NCBI GenBank assembly: GCA_944390455.1
Contig: CALXPU010000001.1
Span: forward strand, 72,620 to 136,619
Length of the DNA: 64,000 bases
Origin: an uncultured Alphaproteobacteria bacterium
GTDB lineage: Bacteria > Pseudomonadota > Alphaproteobacteria > RF32 > CAG-239
Direction: 5' to 3'
Positions within the stretch are counted from its first letter, which is position 1; the number at the start of each line of letters is the position of its first letter. Under the pieces are notes generated by a model that worked only from the letters and a program-made list of their open reading frames with translations, did no database searches and was not told where the DNA came from. Of the stretch, positions 18,638 to 28,300 are shown one piece after another. The position numbers and the translations under genes are program-made.

Positions 18638-20541
18638 CAGAATTTTTAACGAACTTCCATTTTATTAGACCTTGGATACTTTTACTGCTTATTATTCCTA
18701 TTCTTTTTCTTTGGAGAAAAATGAAAATAAATAGTAAGGCGTCTTCTTGGGAAGATGTTTGTGATCCTCATTTGCTTCAGTTCTTATTGATTAAAGAAAA
18801 TCAATTATCTTTTTTTTCACTGAAAAAAATCATCTATATTGGTATTTTTTCAGCAATTATTGCAGCTGCCGGACCTTCTTGGAAAAAAACAGAGATTCCA
18901 GCTTTTGTAGTTGAGAATCCAAATATGTTTGTTCTGAGTCTTGCTCAAGATATGATGCTTAAAGACATTACTCCTTCACGATTAGATAGAGCTAAATTTG
19001 TTATTTCTGATTTAGCAGATGCTTTTCCTCAGGGTCAATTCGGTATTGAAGTTTATTCTGAGGAGCCTTATATTATTTCTCCTATTTCAGATGATGTAAA
19101 CTTATTGAAAAATCTTTTACCCCAAATCGTTACAAATATTGTTCCAGATCAAGGGGATAGATTAGATAGAGCCATTAATCTTGCGATTGAGCGCTTTCAA
19201 TCTGCAGGATATGCTCATGGAAATATTATTATTTTTACTTCTGATGTCGGACAACGTTTTGATTTAGCCCTTGAAGCTATTCAAAAAGCTGCACAATTAA
19301 ACTATAAAATATATATCGTAGATGCATCTTTTTCTGGAAATGAAAAATTGCAGTTGCTTGCGAATAAGGGGAATGGTTTTTATATTTCCGTTAAAGACAC
19401 AAGTTTTCAGTCTTTAATTGATAACATTACAAAAATGAATGACGAACAAGTGAAACTTAGTCAAAATTTACGATCAAACTTTGTTGATTATGGTTACTAT
19501 CTTTTGATTATTCCTTTGGTTTGCGCTTTGTTTTTCTTCCGCCGAGGTGTTTTACTTGTTTTTGCCCTTCTTTTTGCTTTTGACGCGCAAGCTAGTTTTT
19601 TCTTAAATGAAAACCAGACAGCTTTACGTTATTTTAATAATCAAAAATATGAAGAAGCAGCACAAACTTTCCAAGATTCCGTTTGGAAAGGTGTGGCTCT
19701 ATTTAAGGCCGACAAATTAGAGGATGCACTCAAAGAATTTGAAAAAGCAAATACAGATATTGCCCTTTACAATAAAGGACTTACATTGGCAAAACTTTGT
19801 AAGTATGAAGAAGCAAAAAATACTTTTCAGCAGGTATTAAAAATTAATCCAGCTCATGGAGATGCTCAATATAACTTATCTGTGCTAAATGATTTATTTG
19901 AAAAAGCTAAAAAAGATCCTTCCGTTTTAAGTTGCGGTAACAATCAGCAACAAAATCAAAACTCCAATCAAAATAATGATAAAAATGATGAGCAAAATCA
20001 GCAAGATTCTAGCTCTAATTCTTCTTCAGACAATAATGAGAATAATTCTCAGAAAAATGATAATACTGGTAATGAGCAACAGCAAAACTCTTCTTCGGAA
20101 CAAAATCAATCTGAAGGTAATCAAGCACAGCAAAACAACTCAGATAATTCAGACAAACAAGAACAGTCTCAACAAGATCAAGCTTCTGCTAACGATGAAA
20201 ATCATGATCAAAAAAATCAGCCCTCAGAAAATAATGATGAGCAAAGAGATGAAAATTCCGAAAATAAAAATCAGCCCTCAAAAGCTAATCAAGACAATGG
20301 ACAAGAGCAAAAAACAGATAATAAAGAAGGTGATGGATCTAACGGCGCAGAAAACCAACAAGAAAAACAAACTGTTAATCTTGTTAATGCTCAAAAAGGC
20401 GATAAAGACGATAAATATGATGAGGAAGCGGTTATTATGCAGCGTCAATATCGTGACATTCCTGAAGATACAGGTGGGCTTTTACGAGAATTTATAAAAA
20501 AAGAATATTCAAAAGGCAGGTATCGTGATGAAAATATTTAA
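18634..20541 (+). CDS. batB: VWA + TPR aerotolerance protein BatB/BatC-like with ~150-aa N/Q/S/D/E-rich acidic low-complexity segment
   Basis: TM segments, a VWA-like region, and TPR-like ...YFNNQKYEEAAQTFQDSVWKG...NKGLTLAKLCKYEEAKNTFQQVLKINPAHGDAQYN. The long NNQQQNQNSNQNNDKNDEQ... tract spans ~19940-20370. 4-nt overlap with batA. Confidence 0.75.
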   Translation: MTEFLTNFHFIRPWILLLLIIPILFLWRKMKINSKASSWEDVCDPHLLQFLLIKENQLSFFSLKKIIYIGIFSAIIAAAGPSWKKTEIPAFVVENPNMFVLSLAQDMMLKDITPSRLDRAKFVISDLADAFPQGQFGIEVYSEEPYIISPISDDVNLLKNLLPQIVTNIVPDQGDRLDRAINLAIERFQSAGYAHGNIIIFTSDVGQRFDLALEAIQKAAQLNYKIYIVDASFSGNEKLQLLANKGNGFYISVKDTSFQSLIDNITKMNDEQVKLSQNLRSNFVDYGYYLLIIPLVCALFFFRRGVLLVFALLFAFDAQASFFLNENQTALRYFNNQKYEEAAQTFQDSVWKGVALFKADKLEDALKEFEKANTDIALYNKGLTLAKLCKYEEAKNTFQQVLKINPAHGDAQYNLSVLNDLFEKAKKDPSVLSCGNNQQQNQNSNQNNDKNDEQNQQDSSSNSSSDNNENNSQKNDNTGNEQQQNSSSEQNQSEGNQAQQNNSDNSDKQEQSQQDQASANDENHDQKNQPSENNDEQRDENSENKNQPSKANQDNGQEQKTDNKEGDGSNGAENQQEKQTVNLVNAQKGDKDDKYDEEAVIMQRQYRDIPEDTGGLLREFIKKEYSKGRYRDENI

Positions 20542-22267
20542 AATTTTACTATGTTATGTATTTGCTTGTGGTTTAACTTTTTCTGCGCAAGCGGAAGAAA
20601 TTAATATTAGTTTGGATAAAAATGTTATCACTGAAGCTGATACCGTTAATTTAACAATTTCTTATTCTGGCAACAGTGATGAAAATCCTGATTTAAGTGC
20701 ATTACAAAATGACTTTCAAATTGTTTCCAATATGGCGTCTAAAAGAATGAACTATATCAATGGTAATTTTTCTCAGATAAAATCTTGGACTATAGGTTTG
20801 AAGCCTTTGAAACAAGGTAAAATAACTATAAAACCGATTAAAATCGGTTCTGTTAGCTCAAATTATGCGGATATTGAAGTTAAAGAAGTAACTGACGTAG
20901 CTTTTGTTCCTGATAGCCAAGAAAATTCTAACTCTCCTTATTTTCAAATAGAACAATCTATTTCCCCTACAAAACCTTATATTCAGCAGCAAAGCATCGT
21001 TTGGGTTACTCTTTATGATAGTTTAGGTCTTCAAGATGGCTCTCTTTCTATTTCTGATGACACATTAAAAAATTGGAGTATCGCTCCAATTTCTTCAAAA
21101 CCAAAGGTTACTTCTGAATTTATTAATGGAAAGAAAATGAATGTTGTTAAATACGCATTTGCAGCTTTTCCGTTAAAAAGCGGAAAGATTAATTCGCCAC
21201 AGTTTATTTTTGATGGAGCATATATCAAAGATGTAGGTTTTAACTTTCCTAAATTTAATGATCCTTTTATGGCTTTCGGTATTGATTTTCAAAACTCCTT
21301 TGGGCAAAAAGTACCTGTTAGAATGAAAACTAAAATTCAACCTATTGATGTTGCACCCGTTCCTGAAGGATTTACTGGGACATGGCTCCCTTTATCAAAT
21401 TTAACTATTGATGCAAAATGGTCACCTAATACCAAATTTCAAACAGGAGAAGCTTTAACCAGAAATGTAACTATTCAAGCCTTTGGCTTACAGGAAGAAA
21501 TGTTTCCTTCTCTTTCTTTTCCTAACATAGAAGGATTTAAACAATACCCTGAGAAACCAGAAATTACTTCATCTATTCTTAACGGACAAATTGTTACCAC
21601 CGCAAAATATAATATTGTTTATATTCCCTCAAAATCAGGAAAGTTTACATTTCCTGCACAAGAAATTGAGTGGTTTAATATCAATTCAAAGGATTTTCAA
21701 AAAACAGTAATTCCTGCTGAAGCAATATCTATATCTGTTAACCCCAACATTCCTGATAAAATAGAAAATGCGCTGGTAGAATCGCAGATAGAACATGCAA
21801 TTAAGGAAGATCATGAGGTTGAAAATAAACCTTTATCTGACAGTAGACCTATTAATATTCTTACTGAATTTATGAGCTATAAAGTATATGTTTTACTAGC
21901 TATTGCTCTTTTGTTTTTCTTGTTTTTGTTATCAAAACTATTTACCCCAAAACATGCTGGTAAAGACTATCGCTCTGCAGTTATTTCTTCTATACGCAAA
22001 AAAAATTATGCTGAAGCCAGAAAGAATTTAATATTATGGGCGACAACTAAATTTAATAACCCACACATACAGAATCTTAATGATATTGCAGAGGTTGTTC
22101 AAAATGCTGATTTCAGAGTTCAATTAAATGCTTTAAATCAGATTTTGTATTCTGATTCTCCAATAGAGCTTAATACTTCTGAATTTCTCGCTATTTATAA
22201 AAAAATTGATAAACAAAACAGAAAGTCTTCCAAAAATAAGGAGATTTTACCAAATCTTTACAATTAA
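20525..22267 (+). CDS. batD: BatD-like oxygen-tolerance protein
   Basis: Signal peptide, ~450-aa beta-rich periplasmic region, C-terminal TM (YVLLAIALLFFLFLL) plus a cytoplasmic tail: the BatD architecture. Overlaps batB. Confidence 0.7.
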   Translation: MMKIFKILLCYVFACGLTFSAQAEEINISLDKNVITEADTVNLTISYSGNSDENPDLSALQNDFQIVSNMASKRMNYINGNFSQIKSWTIGLKPLKQGKITIKPIKIGSVSSNYADIEVKEVTDVAFVPDSQENSNSPYFQIEQSISPTKPYIQQQSIVWVTLYDSLGLQDGSLSISDDTLKNWSIAPISSKPKVTSEFINGKKMNVVKYAFAAFPLKSGKINSPQFIFDGAYIKDVGFNFPKFNDPFMAFGIDFQNSFGQKVPVRMKTKIQPIDVAPVPEGFTGTWLPLSNLTIDAKWSPNTKFQTGEALTRNVTIQAFGLQEEMFPSLSFPNIEGFKQYPEKPEITSSILNGQIVTTAKYNIVYIPSKSGKFTFPAQEIEWFNINSKDFQKTVIPAEAISISVNPNIPDKIENALVESQIEHAIKEDHEVENKPLSDSRPINILTEFMSYKVYVLLAIALLFFLFLLSKLFTPKHAGKDYRSAVISSIRKKNYAEARKNLILWATTKFNNPHIQNLNDIAEVVQNADFRVQLNALNQILYSDSPIELNTSEFLAIYKKIDKQNRKSSKNKEILPNLYN

Positions 22268-22289
22268 ATTGCATTTTATATAATAAACG

Positions 22290-23177
22290 ATGACTTGTGG
22301 AGATGCCATGCTTTGGGTTAAAAGAATAGTTTGCGGTATTGTTGCTCTCGTTCTGATTATATGCAGTATTAAGCTTTTTCAGACGAATGAGCAAGCATGG
22401 CAGGCGTTGGGATGTTGTTTATTAATTTCCGGAATTACTTTGGCTCATATTGCAATTTTTCAGCAATTACCAAAGTATAACTTCTGGATTACTTTAATCG
22501 CGATTGGTTTGGCGTTTATTCTTTATTCTACCAATTATCGTACCACGTATGAAGAAGCCAAGATTATTGAGAATAGATTAGATAATGAACTGGAAAAAAG
22601 TAAGAATATAGAAAAAACAGACACTTCAAAAAAAGAGATAAAAAAGAAAAAGAAGAAAAAATCATCAACAGGTTTTAATCCTTCTGCTTATCCTAAAATT
22701 AGCGGTAGCGCTAATGTTATTCACGCAAATGTCTTTTACATAGGAGGACGTTACGTCAGACTTTATGGAGTTGATGCTCCTGATAATGATCAAATTTGTT
22801 CAGATGCCAGTGGAAGCTCATATAATTGTGGTCAAGAAGCTGTTTCTTGGGTTCGTGGTTGGATTGATAACAATGTTATTGATTGTTATCTGCTCAAAAT
22901 TGAACCTAACGGACAAGATTTAGCTACTTGTGTTTGGGGTGAGTATGATATAGGTGCAGCTCTTGTTGCTTCGGGTTGGGCTCTCGCAAATACACGTGAA
23001 ACTGATATTTATACCCCTTATGAAGTAAAAGCAAAAAGCGAATCTTCCGGTTTATGGCAAGGAACTTTTTACTCTCCAGAAGATTGGCGCGATATTAAGC
23101 GGAGCAGAAACGACTTTACTATAAAAAGAACAACGTCTGGCGGATCTTTCTTTAACTTTGGCTCTTGGTTTAATTAA
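22290..23177 (+). CDS. membrane-anchored staphylococcal-nuclease (SNase/thermonuclease)-like protein
   Basis: Three N-terminal TM helices, a K-rich linker KKEIKKKKKKKSS, then an SNase-like core (RLYGVDAPD...DLATCVWGEYDIGAALVASGWA, resembling RLIGIDAPE...DRYGRxLA). Confidence 0.65.
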   Translation: MTCGDAMLWVKRIVCGIVALVLIICSIKLFQTNEQAWQALGCCLLISGITLAHIAIFQQLPKYNFWITLIAIGLAFILYSTNYRTTYEEAKIIENRLDNELEKSKNIEKTDTSKKEIKKKKKKKSSTGFNPSAYPKISGSANVIHANVFYIGGRYVRLYGVDAPDNDQICSDASGSSYNCGQEAVSWVRGWIDNNVIDCYLLKIEPNGQDLATCVWGEYDIGAALVASGWALANTRETDIYTPYEVKAKSESSGLWQGTFYSPEDWRDIKRSRNDFTIKRTTSGGSFFNFGSWFN

Positions 23178-23646
23178 AATGAATAACTATACGAAAACTT
23201 TTGAATGTAAAAACGAACTTGATACTCAAAGATTGGCGCAATGTTTTAGTATGATTGCAAAAAAAGGTGATGTTTTTGCTTTATTTGGCACACTTGGAGC
23301 AGGAAAAAGTACTTTTGCTCGCTATTTTATACAATCTTTAACAGATGCGTCAGAAGTGCCTAGTCCTACGTTTACTTTAGTTCAATCTTATGACACAGAC
23401 AAGTTCCCAATTTACCACTACGATATGTATCGACTTAAATATCCTGAAGAAGCATATGAGTTAGGAGTAGAAGAATCTTTCTTTACAGGGGTTAATCTTA
23501 TTGAGTGGCCTGAAAAAATTGGCTATATTTTACCTAAAAATATCTGGAAAATTGAAATTTCTACCAAAGGTACAGATAGGTATTTTACAGTTAGTGTCAG
23601 TGATGAAGAAAAATATCAAAGATTAGAAAGTATCGCTTATGACTAA
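23158..23646 (+). CDS. tsaE: tRNA threonylcarbamoyladenosine biosynthesis protein TsaE
   Basis: P-loop LFGTLGAGKSTFARYF plus the conserved HYDMYRL and GVEESFFTGVNLIEWPE. Confidence 0.88.
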   Translation: MALGLIKMNNYTKTFECKNELDTQRLAQCFSMIAKKGDVFALFGTLGAGKSTFARYFIQSLTDASEVPSPTFTLVQSYDTDKFPIYHYDMYRLKYPEEAYELGVEESFFTGVNLIEWPEKIGYILPKNIWKIEISTKGTDRYFTVSVSDEEKYQRLESIAYD

Positions 23647-24070
23647 TATTCATGCTACATTAGTATCTTTTCAAAATAAAGGTATTTTACTCAGAGGAAA
23701 ATCTGGTAGCGGTAAATCTGATTTGGCATTAAGACTTATTACTATGCATGGTGCAACTTTGGTGGCTGACGATAGAGTAGATTTATGTGTTCAGAAAAAT
23801 ACACTTTTAGGCTCAGTTCCACATGAAATTTCCGGAAAATTAGAAATACGTGGTGTAGGAATTGCGAAACTTCCATTTCTTCCACAGTCTGAAATTTCTC
23901 TTTGTGTTGATTTAGTTGATAACATGGATGATGTAGAAAGACTTCCTATTCCTAAAAAAATTAGTTTGCAAGGAATTTCTGTTGATCACTTAACACTCTA
24001 TCCTTTTGAAGCATCCGCAACTTGTAAACTTATTGCAAAAATTAGTGGTATTATTTCTGAATTATGTTAA
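23639..24070 (+). CDS. hprK: HPr kinase/phosphorylase C-terminal-domain-only protein
   Basis: Walker A LLRGKSGSGKSDLALRL, followed by ...LEIRGVGI... typical of HprK_C. 143 aa, no N-domain, as in alphaproteobacterial HprK. Confidence 0.8.
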   Translation: MTNIHATLVSFQNKGILLRGKSGSGKSDLALRLITMHGATLVADDRVDLCVQKNTLLGSVPHEISGKLEIRGVGIAKLPFLPQSEISLCVDLVDNMDDVERLPIPKKISLQGISVDHLTLYPFEASATCKLIAKISGIISELC

Positions 24071-24104
24071 TAGTACTTTAGATTGTATTTTTAAGGAATT
24101 TAAG

Positions 24105-24896
24105 ATGATTATACGTTTGGGTGAAGCTTTTTTACGTACATTGGGAAAACCTTTGGTAAAGTTTCTCTATTCTTTGGGAGATTTAACCGCTTTTGTGGTT
24201 AAAGCTATTTATCACTGTTTTGTTCCCCCTTTCTATTTTAAACTTTTCTTTAAGCAAGTGCTTGATATTGGCTTTTATTCTCTTCCGGTTGTTGGGTTAA
24301 CTACCCTTTTTGCCGGAATGGTTATTGCTTTGCAGACTTATTCGGGGTTTTCAGGTTTTAAGGCTGAAAGTGTTATTGCTTCTGTTGTTTTAATTTCTGT
24401 TACAAGAGAATTAGCTCCTGTACTTTCTGCTTTAATGGTTGCCGGTAGAATTGGTGCTGCAATGGCTGCAGAAATCGGTACGATGAGAGTTACAGAGCAA
24501 ATTGATGCCTTGGTAACCCTTTCTACCAATCCCTTTAAATACCTAGTAGCTCCGCGTCTTTGGGCAGGACTTCTTGTTTTACCAATTTTAGTTTTAATCG
24601 GCGATATTATTGGTATTTTTGGTGGTTATGTTGTGGGAGTTTATAAATTAGGGTTTAATCCAGCGAATTATATCACGGCTACTTTTCAAGATTTGCAATA
24701 TATCGGTATTATTTCCGGTCTTGTTAAGGCAGCAGTATTCGGTTTTATTATTTCTATGATGGGATGCTATCACGGTTATAAATCCAAAGGTGGAGCACAA
24801 GGTGTTGGAAATGCTACAACCAATGCGGTTGTATCTTCTTCTATCCTTATCCTTATTTTTAACTACCTTATTACCGAAATGTTCTTTTCTCGCTAA
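24105..24896 (+). CDS. mlaE: phospholipid ABC transporter permease MlaE
   Basis: MlaE/YrbE family multi-TM pattern ...ALQTYSGFSGF...RELAPVLSALMVAGRIGAAMAAEIGTMRVTEQIDAL... Start trimmed to the ATG at 24105 (track ORF 24006 overlaps hprK). Confidence 0.88.
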   Translation: MIIRLGEAFLRTLGKPLVKFLYSLGDLTAFVVKAIYHCFVPPFYFKLFFKQVLDIGFYSLPVVGLTTLFAGMVIALQTYSGFSGFKAESVIASVVLISVTRELAPVLSALMVAGRIGAAMAAEIGTMRVTEQIDALVTLSTNPFKYLVAPRLWAGLLVLPILVLIGDIIGIFGGYVVGVYKLGFNPANYITATFQDLQYIGIISGLVKAAVFGFIISMMGCYHGYKSKGGAQGVGNATTNAVVSSSILILIFNYLITEMFFSR

Positions 24897-24908
24897 TGGA
24901 GGTGCTTT

Positions 24909-25676
24909 ATGGAAAAAGAAATAAAAATCAGAATTAGAGACCTTCATAAAAGTTTTGGCAAAAAGAATGTCTTAAACGGGGTAAATCTTGATTTGTATAA
25001 AGGAGAATCTCTCGTTGTTATTGGAGGATCTGGTACAGGTAAATCCGTTCTTATCAAATGTATTCAAGGTTTACTTACTCCTGATAGTGGCTCAATAGAA
25101 ATTGACGATGTTGAAATTGTTAATGAAAATCCTGACATTATTGATCGCATGCATAGCAAAATGGGCATGCTCTTTCAAGGCGGAGCTCTTTTTGATAGTT
25201 TAACGGTTTGGGAAAACGTGGCTTTTGATTTAATCCAAAACAGAGGATTTAATAAAAAAGAAGCTAAAATTGTTGCTATTAAAGTTTTAAGACAGGTTGG
25301 GTTAACAGAAGATATTGCAGACTTGTATCCATCAGAATTGTCTGGAGGTATGCAAAAACGTGTAGGTCTGGCTAGAGCCGTTATAACACGACCGGAAATT
25401 ATTTTCTTTGACGAACCAACTACCGGTCTTGATCCGATTATGGCTGACGTTATTAATGACTTGATTATTGAATCGGCTAAAGATTTAGGAGCGACAACGT
25501 TGACTATTACTCACGATATGGCTTCTGCTCGTAAAATTGCTGATAAAATTGCAATGCTCTATCAGGGTAAAATCATTTGGTATGGCACAGTTAAAGAACT
25601 TGACAAGACAACAAATCCTTATGTCAGACAGTTTATTAATGGTTCATCTAAGGGACCGATAAAAGTGGAGAAATAA
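24909..25676 (+). CDS. mlaF: phospholipid ABC transporter ATP-binding protein MlaF
   Basis: Walker A GGSGTGKS, ABC signature LSGGMQKRVGLARA, Walker B IIFFDEPTTGLD. Confidence 0.9.
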   Translation: MEKEIKIRIRDLHKSFGKKNVLNGVNLDLYKGESLVVIGGSGTGKSVLIKCIQGLLTPDSGSIEIDDVEIVNENPDIIDRMHSKMGMLFQGGALFDSLTVWENVAFDLIQNRGFNKKEAKIVAIKVLRQVGLTEDIADLYPSELSGGMQKRVGLARAVITRPEIIFFDEPTTGLDPIMADVINDLIIESAKDLGATTLTITHDMASARKIADKIAMLYQGKIIWYGTVKELDKTTNPYVRQFINGSSKGPIKVEK

Positions 25677-25677
25677 T

Positions 25678-27054
25678 ATGGCTAAGAAATCAACAATTGA
25701 TTATGTTTGCCAATCATGTGGCGCTGTTTATCCTAAATGGCAAGGAAAATGCGACGCTTGTGGTGAGTGGAATTCAATTGTTGAAGAAAAAAAGCCATCT
25801 GCAGAATTCTCTAATATCTCGTCTAAAAAACAAGGAAATCAAATTGATTTTGTTTCACTTAATGGGGAAAGTCAAACATATCAGCGTCTTGTTACGAATT
25901 TATCTGAAATCAATCGTGTATCCGGTGGAGGTTTGGTTCCCGGTTCGGTTATTTTAGTCGGAGGTGATCCCGGTATTGGTAAATCTACTTTACTTTTGCA
26001 GATTTGCGCCGGTGTTGCTAATAAACTTCAAAATAACAGCTGTTTCTATATCTCTGGAGAAGAAGCTATTGATCAGGTACGCATTCGCGCTAAACGTTTA
26101 GGTTTAGCAGATGCTCCTGTCAGATTAGCTAGTACCACCAGCGTTAAGGATATTATCGCCACGCTTGAGAAAGAGAATCCATCTCTAGTTATTATTGACT
26201 CCATACAAACAATGTACATTGATGATGTGGAATCGACCCCAGGTAGCGTTGCTCAGGTTAGAGCTGCTGCTTATGAATTAATTAAAATTGCTAAGAAAAA
26301 GGGATTTATTTTATTTCTAGTTGGACATGTTACAAAACAAGGCGCTATTGCAGGACCGCGTGTTTTGGAACATATGGTTGATACAGTGCTTTATTTTGAG
26401 GGTGACAGAGGACACCATTTCCGTATTTTGCGGGCTGTTAAAAATAGATATGGCGCAACTGATGAAATCGGTGTTTTTGAAATGCAAGATAATGGCTTGA
26501 TTGAGGTTGAGAATCCATCTGCACTCTTTTTGGCTGAACGACAAGGCTGTGTTTCCGGCTCTTGTGTTTTTGCAGGAATCGAAGGTTCTCGCCCACTCTT
26601 GGTTGAAATCCAAGCATTAGTCGGAAATAGTGGTTATACCGGTGCTAAAAGAGCTGTTGTGGGCTGGGATTCAAATAGATTAGCTATGATTTTAGCCGTT
26701 TTAGAAGCTCGTTGCGGAATGAATTTTAGTACGCATGATGTTTATTTAAATATCGCAGGTGGTCTAAAAATCACAGAACCTGCTGCTGATTTAGCTGTGG
26801 CTATGGCTGTTATATCTTCAATGACAAATAAACCTCTTCCTGCTGATATGGTGGTATTTGGGGAAATTGGTTTATCAGGAGAAATCAGAGCAGTTAGTCA
26901 ACCGACGCTACGCCTTAAAGAAGCTCAAAAATTAGGATTTTCTAATGCTATTATTCCCAACTCTTTTGCTAAAGATAAAAAACAAAAATTGATTACCGGT
27001 ATGTCTTATCACGAAATCGGTAATGTTCAAAGACTTATTTCCAGATTTAATTAA
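25678..27054 (+). CDS. radA: DNA repair protein RadA (Sms)
   Basis: Zinc ribbon CQSCGAVYPKWQGKCDACGEW, RecA-like Walker A GGDPGIGKST, KNRYG motif, Lon-like C-terminal domain. Confidence 0.93.
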   Translation: MAKKSTIDYVCQSCGAVYPKWQGKCDACGEWNSIVEEKKPSAEFSNISSKKQGNQIDFVSLNGESQTYQRLVTNLSEINRVSGGGLVPGSVILVGGDPGIGKSTLLLQICAGVANKLQNNSCFYISGEEAIDQVRIRAKRLGLADAPVRLASTTSVKDIIATLEKENPSLVIIDSIQTMYIDDVESTPGSVAQVRAAAYELIKIAKKKGFILFLVGHVTKQGAIAGPRVLEHMVDTVLYFEGDRGHHFRILRAVKNRYGATDEIGVFEMQDNGLIEVENPSALFLAERQGCVSGSCVFAGIEGSRPLLVEIQALVGNSGYTGAKRAVVGWDSNRLAMILAVLEARCGMNFSTHDVYLNIAGGLKITEPAADLAVAMAVISSMTNKPLPADMVVFGEIGLSGEIRAVSQPTLRLKEAQKLGFSNAIIPNSFAKDKKQKLITGMSYHEIGNVQRLISRFN

Positions 27055-27065
27055 AGGAGTTTATT

Positions 27066-27857
27066 ATGGAACCGTTAAATAATATTGATGTTGTTATTTT
27101 GATTGGTGTTGTTCTATCTATGCTGGTTGCTTTTATACGCGGTTTCGTTAAAGAAGTTCTTTCTATTCTCGGATTGGCTTTATTTATTATTTTAACTTCC
27201 TATTTAACACCGATTTTAACACCTTGGATGAATCAATTTATTGCTAGTAAATTGATGGCTCAGTTTGTAATTTTCTTGGTTATTATGGCTATATTTTATG
27301 CCTTTTGGATTATCGGTACAGATAATTTAATTGCTAAAATAAGAACAAGTACTCTGAGTTTTATGGATAGACTCTTTGGTTTAATTTTCGGATTCATTAG
27401 AGCTGTACTTATTCTTGGATTTGTCTTTTTAATTGTGAAAATTGTTTTACCCGAAGAAATAAAAGATAAAGATGGAATTTTAAGAAAATCTCAATATTTC
27501 ATGATGGCTGAACCTTGCTCTGATATGATAGAATCTTTGTTACCTGAAGATTTTATCAAGAATACAATGAAGTCTGTTGAAGAAATAAATAAGACGGAAA
27601 AGAAGACAGATAAGAAAGATACAAAAGAAAACAAAAAAGAAGATGAAAAGGCTTCTCAAAATAAGGAAACAGGTCTTCCTTCAGAGTTAGATCAAAAACA
27701 GATGGATAAAATGTTTGACTTATTAGTAAAACCGGAAATTAAAGGTTCTTCTAAGCAAACAAAAACTAAATCTGCTGAAAAAGCATCTGAAAAAACAGGA
27801 TATGATAAAAAAGAAACAAACAGCTTGGATAGACTAATAGATATTACAGCTGAATAA
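27066..27857 (+). CDS. cvpA: colicin V production protein CvpA family, with ~110-aa Lys/Glu/Thr-rich C-terminal extension
   Basis: Four TM segments of the CvpA fold. The C-terminal K/E-rich low-complexity tail spans 27516-27857. Confidence 0.75.
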   Translation: MEPLNNIDVVILIGVVLSMLVAFIRGFVKEVLSILGLALFIILTSYLTPILTPWMNQFIASKLMAQFVIFLVIMAIFYAFWIIGTDNLIAKIRTSTLSFMDRLFGLIFGFIRAVLILGFVFLIVKIVLPEEIKDKDGILRKSQYFMMAEPCSDMIESLLPEDFIKNTMKSVEEINKTEKKTDKKDTKENKKEDEKASQNKETGLPSELDQKQMDKMFDLLVKPEIKGSSKQTKTKSAEKASEKTGYDKKETNSLDRLIDITAE

Positions 27858-27873
27858 TCTTTATCTCATATAG

Positions 27874-27927
27874 ATATCCCCGGGTAAACCCGGGGTTCTT
27901 GGAAAGGCACCATTAAGGTGCCTTTCT
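27874..27927 (+). terminator. tandem hairpins (cvpA terminator region / possible IS end hairpin)
   Basis: CCCCGGGTAAACCCGGGG followed by GAAAGGCACCATTAAGGTGCCTTTCTTT. A third hairpin CAACTCCAAACGGAGTTG overlaps the tnpA relic stop. Confidence 0.6.
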
Positions 27928-28300
27928 TTACAACTCCAAACGGAGTTGACCTAAATCCCTTTGTCCTTGATACTTTACATAATTTTTAATTACTTCTTCA
28001 TTCGCACCAACGCTACTAACGAAGTATCCCGTTGACCAAACCACATTTTCCTTAAAATACACCTTTGATAACCAATTATAACGCTCTCTCATCATTGAAG
28101 CTGATTGGCTTTTTAATTTTCCTACCACATCTGATATGCTATATTTGGGAGGAATTATCATTACAAAATGAATATGGTCTTTATCAAAGCCAATCTCTTC
28201 AATAACTACCCCAGGGATACTTCTTAGTAGCTTCGGAAAAATACTCTTCAAATAATCAACTACGCCGGGATTTAGGATACGTCGGCGGTATTAATACCGC
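27928..28300 (-). pseudogene. tnpA: IS200/IS605-family tnpA (Y1 HuH transposase) relic, 5'-truncated
   Basis: Minus-strand translation ...DHIHFVMIIPPKYSISDVVGKLKSQSASMMRERYNWLSKVYFKENVVWSTGYFVSSVGANEEVIKNYVKYQ has the HuH motif and catalytic-Tyr helix of IS200 TnpA. It lacks the first ~25-30 aa. The reading frame is interrupted by a stop inside a perfect palindrome (GGCGGTATTAATACCGCC, ~28283-28300) that encodes RRY*YRR. Confidence 0.75.

Noticed and set aside
19976-20497. 173-aa ORF in an alternative frame inside batB
   Set aside because: It lies wholly within the low-complexity A/T-rich repeat segment of batB and encodes a K/I/M-rich nonsense-like peptide. It is a frame artefact of the repetitive sequence.
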